A DNA stretch of 64,000 nt from Fidelibacterota bacterium (GCA_016784605.1 JADHUI010000005.1:6410-70409), one strand, 5' to 3'; shown: positions 54,237 through 63,900, counted from the first letter of the stretch. Notes: a model not told the origin generated them from the letters alone. Numbers and translations are program-made.

Positions 54237-55121
54237 ATGAAGGCGTGGAAAAACATTACTCTTGATCTCCCGAATATGGATTTAAATCTGGTTTCAGACA
54301 TATTATCCGTTCTAGATGTATTATCATTTACCATTTTAGATAAACAAAATGAATCTGATTCAAATTGGTTTGATGATCCTAATCATAAAATGACCCTCAC
54401 TGGAAATACGCACAATCTTGTTTTACTCATTCACGCCACTCACGATGTTTCCCAACTCTTGTTAGAGATTCAGTCTCTTTTAAAATTGCCATTTCTTCCA
54501 TCCTACCAAGAAGAACTATTTGAAGATAAAGATTGGGTCACCTATACCCAATCACAGTTTAAAGAAATTCGTATTTCACATTCACTGCGGATTGTTCCGC
54601 CATGGGAATCGGAAACACCCTTTCCAGGGAAATCCATTTTAATTCAACCTGGCAGTGGTTTTGGAACTGGATCCCACCCTACAACTCAATTATGTTTACA
54701 ATGGTTAGAAAAGAATCTTAAAGGACATGAATCCATGTTGGATTATGGCTGTGGTTCTGGCATTTTATCTATTGGAGCAAAACTGATTGGCCTTTCTTTT
54801 GTCGAAGGCGTTGAGTTGGATCCACTTGCTCTCCAAAATGCGAATCAAAATAATGAACTTAATGGATGCAGAATTCCTTTTTATCATCCAGATTCATTTA
54901 ACCCTAAAGAATCATATACACTGATAGTGGCTAATATTTTGGCGGTCATTTTAATTCGGTTGGCACCGGTTATTGGGCCACTTGTTGGAGAAACATTGGT
55001 TTTGTCAGGGATTCTTGAAAAACAAGCTGAAGATGTGATTCAGTGTTATTCAAAATGGGTCACTCTTTCAATTATAGATATAAAAGATGGATGGGTTTTA
55101 CTTTCAGGTTCTTTAGGATAG
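54237..55121 (+). CDS. prmA: Ribosomal protein L11 methyltransferase
   Basis: DW...F..I, IVPPWE, PGSGFGTGSHPTT, LDYGCGSGIL, VANIL, LSGIL. Confidence 0.92.
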   Translation: MKAWKNITLDLPNMDLNLVSDILSVLDVLSFTILDKQNESDSNWFDDPNHKMTLTGNTHNLVLLIHATHDVSQLLLEIQSLLKLPFLPSYQEELFEDKDWVTYTQSQFKEIRISHSLRIVPPWESETPFPGKSILIQPGSGFGTGSHPTTQLCLQWLEKNLKGHESMLDYGCGSGILSIGAKLIGLSFVEGVELDPLALQNANQNNELNGCRIPFYHPDSFNPKESYTLIVANILAVILIRLAPVIGPLVGETLVLSGILEKQAEDVIQCYSKWVTLSIIDIKDGWVLLSGSLG

Positions 55122-55294
55122 CAATAAAATATTTATGTATTTATCCCTTTCTAACTCAAGTGTCTTACTAACATCAATTTCATGAATGATGTATGACTCG
55201 TTTCAGAAATATTTTCTGTGTAATTATGACATTACGTGGAAGATTATCACGACATGACACTATTTATAATTCATTTTATTCCAGCGATAAAATA

Positions 55295-56659
55295 TTAATT
55301 AACTTTAGAAAAATACCGACGCGTTTCCGCCATCACCTTGGGGGAAAGTAAAATAGCAGACGTCATGGTAGGAATAGCCATTAATGCAAACATACCATCA
55401 ATGAGATTAATGGCAATATCAATGGATATAATAGATGCTAAAACAATCGTGCCAACATAAAAATAATTGTAAATGGGTTTTGCCTGTGTCCCAAACAAAT
55501 AACTGGTGCATTTTCGTCCATAATAAGAATAACCAAACATAGTCGATAAACTAAAACTTAATACCGCAATTACTAAAATGATTTCCCCCAAAATACCCAA
55601 CTCATGCTTAAAAGCCATGACGGTTAAAGTAACACCATTATCTCCATGGAAATCTACTCCAGATGCTAAAATCACAAACGCAGTAATGGAACACACAACA
55701 ATGGTATCAATAAAGGGTCCCATCATGGCCACTAATCCTTCTCGCACAGGTTCTTTGGTTCTTGCGGCGCCGTGGGCCATAACTTCCGTTCCAATTCCTG
55801 CTTCATTCGAAAATGCAGCTCGTTTTATTCCCACAATAATGATAGACCCCAAAGCACCACCCAAAACGGCATCACCCGTAAAAGCATCCTGAAATATAGA
55901 TGCAAATATTCCCGGAATATCTGATATATGATTCATAAGAATTATCATGGCTGCAAATAAATAAATTAAAACCATTAAGGGGACCATTCTCGAAGCAACT
56001 TTACCAATTCGTTTAATTCCGCCAAAAATAACCAACGAAACAATACTTGCTGCAACGAGTCCTGTTACGGCATCTCCCACCATTGGATTGGATGTAAATA
56101 GGTGATTTGGTTGATAAAATAAATCACGTACAATTTGTGCGAGTTGATTGGCTTGGAATAAAACGAGACATCCAATCAATCCTGCCACACTAAATAAAAT
56201 AGCTAAGGGACGGAAGGCTTTTCCCAACCCTTCTTCAATCACATACATTGGGCCACCTTGCACTTCTCCCGCATCATCTTTCCCGCGATACATAATACTG
56301 AGTGTACAGGTAAAATATTTTGTTGCCATTCCAATGATGGCACTGACCCACATCCAAAATAAGGCACCAGGACCGCCTGTATGAATGGCTAAAGCTACTC
56401 CACCAATATTTCCCATTCCCACCGTACTGGCTAATGCAGAAGATAATGCTTCAAAATGTGAAATTTGTCCGGGATCTTTTTCATCATCATACTTTCCCCG
56501 TAAAATTTGAATCGCATGGGGGAAATGTCTAAAGGGGATAAATCGACTATAAATTGTAAAAAAGAATCCGCCACCCACTAATAGAATTATGAGAGGTGTT
56601 CCCCACATCATTCCTGAAAAGGCGGACATCACTTGGTCTAATGTATGAATAAGTCCCAT
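55295..56659 (-). CDS. Sodium:alanine/glycine symporter (AGCS/AlsT family)
   Basis: VGMGNIGGVA, GGPGALFWMW, GGPMY, GGIKRIG, RAAFSNEAG, FIDTIVVC. Confidence 0.92.
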   Translation of the reverse strand: MGLIHTLDQVMSAFSGMMWGTPLIILLVGGGFFFTIYSRFIPFRHFPHAIQILRGKYDDEKDPGQISHFEALSSALASTVGMGNIGGVALAIHTGGPGALFWMWVSAIIGMATKYFTCTLSIMYRGKDDAGEVQGGPMYVIEEGLGKAFRPLAILFSVAGLIGCLVLFQANQLAQIVRDLFYQPNHLFTSNPMVGDAVTGLVAASIVSLVIFGGIKRIGKVASRMVPLMVLIYLFAAMIILMNHISDIPGIFASIFQDAFTGDAVLGGALGSIIIVGIKRAAFSNEAGIGTEVMAHGAARTKEPVREGLVAMMGPFIDTIVVCSITAFVILASGVDFHGDNGVTLTVMAFKHELGILGEIILVIAVLSFSLSTMFGYSYYGRKCTSYLFGTQAKPIYNYFYVGTIVLASIISIDIAINLIDGMFALMAIPTMTSAILLSPKVMAETRRYFSKVN

Positions 56660-57055
56660 TTGAGTATTTTTTTAATGTTTTGTTTATGATTATTAAAGAG
56701 AATCGTTGTGTATTTTAATGAAAGAATAGGAATATGCCTAACTTGATTAATTTATCAGCCACGAAGATTCCCCGTAGAAATGGCGATTTATTTATATCAT
56801 ACCTGACATTCCATGCTTTGATTTATTTTCCATTTAAGTGGATTCCGGATCGTTATTCAAACTTCCGGAATGACAACGATTCGTTAAGTCATCCCGAATG
56901 CCATAGGCAGAGGGATCTATTTGAGTAATGCGCGATTTCTCTATTAGCTTTATATCAGATTTGGATGGGAATGAATTGAGATTTTTCGCTGGTTTTATCA
57001 TATCCTAGATTTTCAAAAACGGGTTTTTCACTCAGAATGACTTAATGAAAAAAGT

Positions 57056-57604
57056 GGCATCCCGAGAGACAAAGTCTGAGGGATCTATTTGAGTAATGCG
57101 CGTTTTTACCAGTGGCCCAATATTGGGTTTGAATGGAAAAGAACCGGATAAAGAGAAATGAGTAATCTATTTATGTGAAGAAAAAGTTTTTCACTATTAT
57201 CTATTAATATATTGCTAATTTTAAAAATGGAAAAAACATTTTTTGTATATATAGTAGCGAGTTTGTCCAGAAGACTTTACACAGGAGTTACTTCAGATTT
57301 ACAAGGAAGAATGTGGCAACATAAAAATAAAACGATGAATGGTTTCACAAAGAAATACAATATAAATAGATTGGTATGGTTTGTAGAAACGGACGATTGG
57401 CATGCCGCCATCGAAGAAGAAAAAAGAATCAAAGGTTGGAGAAGAGAAAAGAAAATTCAACTACTTGAAAAGACAAATATATCTTGGCAGGATCTATCTG
57501 AACAATGGGTTGAATGAAAGATCTTTACAGGTGGGTAAAGTAGATTCTTCTCTCGGCCTACCTATTGCAAGATTATAAAATCCCGGTTTTTCACTCAGAA
57601 TGAC
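57056..57604 (+). mobile_element. Putative autonomous unit: left arm + GIY-YIG gene + right arm
   Basis: Nuclease ORF enclosed by the same two arms that delimit the gene-less units; mobility itself is inferred, not shown. Confidence 0.45.
57227..57517 (+). CDS. Stand-alone small GIY-YIG nuclease (96 aa)
   Basis: FFVYIV...LYTGVT (GIY/YIG strands), R..QH, GFTKKY, AI..EKRIKGWRREKK, N..W.DL; ATG at 57227. Confidence 0.9.
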   Translation: MEKTFFVYIVASLSRRLYTGVTSDLQGRMWQHKNKTMNGFTKKYNINRLVWFVETDDWHAAIEEEKRIKGWRREKKIQLLEKTNISWQDLSEQWVE

Positions 57605-58419
57605 AACAAAGGCAAAAGTCATCCCGAATGCCATAGGCAGAGGGATCTATTTGAGTAATGCGCGTTTTTACCAGTGGCCCTATATTGGGTTTGGTGGAAA
57701 AGAGTCAGATATATAGAATGTGAGATTCTTCGCTGGTTTTATCATATCTTAGATTTTCAAATACGGGTTTTTCACTCAGAATGACAACGATTCGTTAAGT
57801 CATCCCGAATGGCATAGGCAGAGGGATCTATTTGAGTAATGCGCGATTTCTCTATTAGCTTTATATCAGATTTGGATGGGAATGAATTGAGATTCTTCGC
57901 TGGTTTTATCATATCCTAGATTTTCAAAAACGGGTTTTTCACTCAGAATGACAACGATTCGTTAAGTCATCCCGAATGCCATAGGCAGAGGGATCTATTT
58001 GAGTGATGCGCGATTTCTCTATTAGCTTTATATCAGATTTGGATGGAAATGAATTGAGATTCTTCGCTCGGATTATCTAACGAAAGATTGTTAAATCTCG
58101 GTTTTACACTCAGAATGACTTAATAAAATAAGTGTCATCGCGAGGTGCTTTCTCTGTGATGATCTGCTTAATTCTTAGGGCAAATTCTTGATATAAAAAC
58201 AGACTGTCCCGTCATCTGACGGGATTTACAACCCCACTCATACTTCGCTCGCAATGACGGTTTATTTATATCATTCCTGACATTCCATGCTTTGATTTAA
58301 CATCAATATTTGAGGATTCGGTATTTGTTTTACCATGTCGAAGATTAATCGTCATTTTTTAATCTCACATGTTTTGATAAATGATTCGTTCAGATTTGCT
58401 TATTTTCTAAACATATTTT

Positions 58420-59511
58420 ATGAAACAATTTGATCAATACCTGCTTCGGCAATTTTTTGCAATTTTCCTCATGGCTCTATTGGGTTTTGTGAGCATTTTT
58501 ATTATTGTCGATCTTATCGAAAATCTCGATCGATTTATCGATAACCACGTTCCTTGGAAAATGGTTGGTTTATACTATGTTTACTCATTTCCTTGGTTTG
58601 TAAGTATTGCATTACCCATGTCCGTTCTCATTGGAACCGTCTTTAGCGTGGGAGGATTTGTTAAGCGGAATGAATGGACAGCTATGAAAGCTGCAGGCGT
58701 TTCTTTATATCGATTAGCATTACCGTTATTTTTAGTCGGATGTTTTATCGGCGGAGGATCCTTTATTTTGGATAATGAATGGGTATCTTGGGGGAATGAA
58801 AAACGTTTCGAAATCGACCGTGATTATGTCAAAAGACGCTCTCGCCATAAATTAAAAAATGTCCTTAATAATATTTTCCTTCAAAAGAATTCTCATTCAC
58901 ATATATCCATCGGGAAATATCGAATAAAAAAAGAAATTGGAACGGATATAGCAATCGTCCAATTGGATGACAAATCTATTTTACAGAGAGTGGATGCAAA
59001 AAAGATTACATGGAATCCCGATTCTTCATTATGGATTTTAAAGGATTATTCCATTCGCTCTTTTTTAAAAAACGGTCAAGAGTCCCAAGTTGTCATTTCG
59101 AAAGAAGATACATTAATAGAATTAGGTTTTTCACCTGAAGACATTAAAAAACAAGCACGTTCACCTGAGGAGTTAAACTATTTTGAACTCACAAGTCGCA
59201 TTGCGCAATTAAGAGAAAATGGTGTTGATACATTGAGATGGGAAGTGATTCGTTATATGAAAATATCCTTTTCATTTACAAGTCTCATTTTAATTCTTTT
59301 TGGAATTCCGCTCGTAGTCTATAAAGAAAATAATAGTTTATCCTTTGGAGCCGGGATGAGTGTTTTTGTAATATTTAGTTATTATGCCTTTATAAAGTTT
59401 GGGCAATCACTGGGATTTAATGGTATTCTAGAACCCTTAATGTCAGCATGGTTAGGGAATATTCTCTTCTTTACCGGTGGAGCCTATTTATTGGTTTCAG
59501 CAAAAAAGTAA
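58420..59511 (+). CDS. LPS export ABC transporter permease, LptF/LptG family
   Basis: FDQYLLRQF, LPMSVLIG, RNEWTAMKAAGVS, 3+3 TM layout, SAWLGN. Confidence 0.88.
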   Translation: MKQFDQYLLRQFFAIFLMALLGFVSIFIIVDLIENLDRFIDNHVPWKMVGLYYVYSFPWFVSIALPMSVLIGTVFSVGGFVKRNEWTAMKAAGVSLYRLALPLFLVGCFIGGGSFILDNEWVSWGNEKRFEIDRDYVKRRSRHKLKNVLNNIFLQKNSHSHISIGKYRIKKEIGTDIAIVQLDDKSILQRVDAKKITWNPDSSLWILKDYSIRSFLKNGQESQVVISKEDTLIELGFSPEDIKKQARSPEELNYFELTSRIAQLRENGVDTLRWEVIRYMKISFSFTSLILILFGIPLVVYKENNSLSFGAGMSVFVIFSYYAFIKFGQSLGFNGILEPLMSAWLGNILFFTGGAYLLVSAKK

Positions 59512-59524
59512 AGGTTTAATCAAA

Positions 59525-60916
59525 TTACTTTTTCCGCTTTTTTGAGCGTCTTTTTTCACCAGGCTTGAGTGGTTTTCGCGATTTTGGACTCGTAATAGTC
59601 AGTCCCATAGAAAAATTAAAACCACGCATTGAACTAATCCAAACGCCATTACGAAAAGCAAAACCTAAGTCAAAAATAATGGGTCCTTTATGTACGCCAA
59701 AGCCCATAGATAATTCACTTAAATCTCCTCCAGCCCAACTATACCCAAATCGAACAGGAACATTATCTAATTTTGTCCATTCTGCTCCAAAAGATATACG
59801 CCATTTTGCGCGAGAATAATATTCATTAATAAAACCAGTGACTAAATCACTGGCAAATACGAATGTGTCAGTTCTTTTAGATAATCCCATTCGAAATGTG
59901 GCTGGATAACGTGTTTCAAACACACGACCTTCTCCGGCTCCTGTCGTGTCTAAAATAATTTCAGAATTATTATAGAATAAGGAATCTTGAGATAATTTGT
60001 CTGCACGAATGGTATCAATGGTATAAGTAAATAAGACTGCTTCATTCGGGCCTAATTCTTCCCCTTCCCATGTTAACGGATAAATACCTGGAATCGTAAA
60101 ACCTGGACCTTCATCGTTTACGCTATTTGTTTTATTCCAGACAATCGTTCCCATGGCATTAATCATGGATGAACCAAAGGTCCAACCTTGGAATTCTTTT
60201 GTAACAATTCCGAGATCGAGCCCAAAACCAGCTCCACCCATTCCTTGTCGAAGAAGATATCGGCCGGAACCATACAAACCTTTATCATCCGTTACAAGAT
60301 TTGCATAACTATTTTCAGGATCGATTCCCATATAAAACAATCCTTGCAGATATTTAAGGGTAATACCCGTTGAGAAATTATTAAAAGGAACCGCAAAGGT
60401 TAAACCATATTCGTTTAAGCCTAAAATTTCATAACCCAAAGTCATGTCTAATTCTGGTTTATTCGCATTCCCATACATCATCATTTCTAATAATCCGATG
60501 GGTAATTTATAATTAGCCAAAAAGATAGCATTACTGGTAAAAGCCAGATTCCCTGACGTAAAGTTCAGCATGGGGATGGGCAAATGAACATCCTGGAAGA
60601 AGGTTAATCCGCCCGCATCTTCATAATTTTCAAATAATTTATCTTTATCTGCAGTGTATAATGTATCACCGCTGTATTCGGCGATTGTTTCAAATGAAAT
60701 AAAATTCCCAATAACGCCAGTGTCAAACCCAAATAATTGCCATTGAAAAGGTTTATATTGCTGAAATCCAATTAAAGCAGGATTGTACCCTACCGAAAAA
60801 ATACCATCGGCTATAGTTGTGTATGTTCCTGCTAAACCTACAACGCGAGCATCCCGTTTGGTTTGGGCAAAAGCACAAGTGGCAATTATAAAAACGGTAA
60901 GAAGGCATTTTTTCAT
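59525..60916 (-). CDS. Putative outer-membrane beta-barrel protein (FadL/PorV/DUF5723-like)
   Basis: Signal peptide, ARVVGLAG...YNPAL N-terminal motif, GITLKYLQG, GFGLDLG, alternating beta-strand pattern. Confidence 0.6.
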   Translation of the reverse strand: MKKCLLTVFIIATCAFAQTKRDARVVGLAGTYTTIADGIFSVGYNPALIGFQQYKPFQWQLFGFDTGVIGNFISFETIAEYSGDTLYTADKDKLFENYEDAGGLTFFQDVHLPIPMLNFTSGNLAFTSNAIFLANYKLPIGLLEMMMYGNANKPELDMTLGYEILGLNEYGLTFAVPFNNFSTGITLKYLQGLFYMGIDPENSYANLVTDDKGLYGSGRYLLRQGMGGAGFGLDLGIVTKEFQGWTFGSSMINAMGTIVWNKTNSVNDEGPGFTIPGIYPLTWEGEELGPNEAVLFTYTIDTIRADKLSQDSLFYNNSEIILDTTGAGEGRVFETRYPATFRMGLSKRTDTFVFASDLVTGFINEYYSRAKWRISFGAEWTKLDNVPVRFGYSWAGGDLSELSMGFGVHKGPIIFDLGFAFRNGVWISSMRGFNFSMGLTITSPKSRKPLKPGEKRRSKKRKK

Positions 60917-63900
60917 TATCGCATTCCCCCGTTTCCGTATTGACTCATAATCGTATTATTCCCACTCATTCTACCCGCACTTGGGCGAATATGGATATAA
61001 TATCCATTCATATCACGAATCGTGCCATCGCCTTTGGATAAACGCAATCGAATTTTATCGTGAGTAGTTGGTAATCCGCTTGTTTCACTCAATGTCCATG
61101 AATAGGCATTTGTATTTTCAATTCCTTGAACGATGGGTGTCCAAAATTCACCATTATTTAATTCAGGATTTTCGGCTGTAGAATAATCAATATTGACAGA
61201 TGTGATATCTCCATACGTATTCCAAAGAATTTCATACGATTGATCTGAGTAAAGAGTATCGCCCCCATTTGGCCATGTTAACACTAATTCATCTTGAGCA
61301 TCATTCATGAGACCCGTATTGCTTAGTCGAAACGTTATAAATGAATTAATATCCAAATAATCAAGCGTTGTCATAAAAACGGATTGGCTATCTGTACCAT
61401 TTAGATGAAATCGTGGCGCTACATAATGATCGCCATATCCCGTTAATAGGAATATCCGATTCGAGTCCAAGGTGCTGTTAAACGTGCCTGTCCCCGCTTC
61501 ATGCACCATTCCCGGTGGGAAGCCAGATGAATCACCTTCTTCATAATAACTTACGGGATCCGGTAAAATAAATTTCCATAATGTATCCACATAAGCAATC
61601 ACAGAATCTGTTCCCGAAATGGATCGTCGCACAAGATATGGCATTCCGTCGATACACTCTGAAAAGTCAGTCATAACATTAAAAATATGAATATCAGATG
61701 TATCTGGGTCCAATTCAAGACATGTATCGACAATATAAATACTATCTGTCGGATCCCATCCTTGTTGAGAAACTAACGAATCACGAAGGACGGATAGCAT
61801 TTCACTTGATCGATCAGATGGAAACAGGGTCAAATTGGACATGAGGATGGATAACTCTGCTCCAAAAGGTAAAGCATTTGTTACATTTGATGTTAATTCA
61901 GCTTGAATCAGGGAACTGCGAATTCTATTTCGTGTTTCATGATCAAATTCTTCAATGGGCGTTTCCACAGCAGAAATAAATGTCATAGGTGCCATCATCA
62001 CTTCAAACGGTGCTTCTAGACGAAAACCTCCGCCAATGGCTTTTCCAATTTCAATCGTACCTCGACCATCAACACGTGATTCGGATTCCACAATTAGATT
62101 CACTGGATTCACCGACAATAGTTCGATTATATTGGCACAATTTTCATCGGATAATACTTGGTTTGACCACGAGGGTGCACTGTCTGATTTTGAATTATAT
62201 ATTTCGGTTAATGTACCATATTTATTCAGCTCAATGACGGTCATGGCTGTATCAACATCATTGATAGGATAACCGATCGAATCCACATTAACGCATAATG
62301 TTGTGGTATCGCCAAATGTATCAATCCCAATCATATCGATGCCCAATTTTACCGGTAATTTGATTTGGCTATACATAATAAATTGAATCCGTACGTCTGT
62401 CATCATCATTCCACTGAATCCTTGAGGCATATTATCCATGTTTTGTGTGACAGAAGGGAAACCCATATAAACATACGCTTCTAACGATTCAAACTCCATG
62501 GAATACATACGAACACCTAAACCAAGTCCACCGAGAGAAGAACCATCCAATGGAATGGAAGCAATTTGTTCCGGAATAGATACGTCTAAAGCTAATTCCA
62601 TATTATTAATCGGCTCATCGGGGTATTGGGTACTCTGGAATGAATATCCTTTTAAATCAAAATCTCGATCAAACACGTTCCCTTTGGATAAAACAGTTTC
62701 AATAATAACCGAATCACCTCCAGCGGGTGGAGCAAAATTTTGGAAATTCATTTTAAAATTGATATCGAATGGAAATGTACTCGCCAAATTTGAAATAACT
62801 AAACGATTCGCAGTATTATCCACGCCTTCCGTTTTAAGCATCGCTTGAAAAATAGATAAACTTGTTTCAGAACCTTCTTCATCCCCTTCTGAAGCAGCAA
62901 AACCCATATCTGGCTTTGGAATATCAAGAATCGTTTCTGTAATACTCACATCAGCACTGTCAAGAGATGGAATATTCATATTTAATACCAGATTAACCGC
63001 CATAGAATCATTCGCATAAATCGTCACAGATTCACCTGATGCCACATCGGCCGAATCCAACTTAAACCCTAAATTTATTTTTAATAATTGCCTAAGTCTC
63101 GCACTCGCCAATGATGTGGTGTCAGCATAAGTAATATTGGTTCCAATTGTTGGTATCGTTTCATGATGAGCCAATGAATCGGTGATTTCATATTTACCGG
63201 TATAAAGTCCTGCGGTGGATTGAATCAAATTTTTGGATATTCCTTGATTTCCGATGGATGTAATAAATTGACTTGCATCGCTATTGGCGACAACTAATGC
63301 TTCAATTCCGTCAATAATTTGCGGATCGCTTGTTAAATCAATATCGCTAAATCCTAAATCTAGTTCAATTAATACAGACCCTAAAATAGAATCAACCGTA
63401 GAATTAAATATGCCTACCATCGTATTCCAATTTTCTGCTGAAATTTCCCTATCTTCTGCAGGTGGCATATAAAATGTAGCCGCCTCCCAAGTAAGTGGAT
63501 TACTTTCATCGTAGGTCGTATCCACATAAGGAATTCCATAAAGGACAACCGGAAGGCTCATATTAATGGGAGTAGATGGAATAGCAAAATCCCCTAAATC
63601 AACACCGGGGATTTCTGTCGGCGCGATTTCTGTATCCAAATATCCACCCGGAAATTGAACCTGTAAATTATCTTCGCCAATGGATTGAGATGGCAGATCG
63701 CCTTCAAATACGAGTTGCATTCCCAAACCATCGTCCGAGGGAAAGATATTTACACTATCAACGATGCCATCAAGAGAATATCTTTGTTGGACTAATGGAA
63801 TCTTGAGATCGATGAACCATGTGGGCATTTCAAACTTCTCTGATGTTTCAAAATCACACCCACTCAAGAGAAGTAAGCTTAATGCTCCGCTTAAATAAAG

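Larger units (their letters stand above)
56779..58299. repeat. Tandem array of palindromic GTCAT...ATGAC elements (REP/MITE-like) bounded by a 47-bp direct repeat
   Basis: 31-nt left arms at 56888, 57056, 57618, 57799, 57966; 63-nt right arms at 56979, 57542, 57723, 57890, 58057; divergent arms at 56840-56874, 58134-58165, 58201-58258; direct repeat 56779-56825 and 58253-58299 (44/47 identical). Confidence 0.9.

Noticed and set aside
55122-55294. Several ATGAC words and weak hairpins between prmA and the symporter
   Set aside because: No complete arm consensus or convincing stem; cannot be supported as a copy of the repeat family
56734-56928. 64-aa ORF upstream of the nuclease, and any long ORF through the array
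   Set aside because: It simply reads through repeat arms; most unit lengths are not multiples of 3 and stops interrupt the frames I translated across the units
56875-58119. CRISPR array interpretation of the repeats
   Set aside because: Intervening sequences are repeated or homologous, not unique; two alternating inverted arms; period 167-181 nt; no cas genes in the window
56875-58258. Integron attC cassette array
   Set aside because: No integron integrase, no consistent RYYYAAC...GTTRRRY ends, and most units carry no ORF
58420-59511. lptG-like gene without adjacent lptF, possibly disrupted by the array
   Set aside because: Split lptF/lptG loci are common in FCB bacteria and no lptF remnant is visible
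919-63472. Numerous 60-145 aa ORFs overlapping or antisense to the annotated genes
   Set aside because: No recognisable motifs, and they lie largely or wholly over well-supported genes; treated as shadow ORFs
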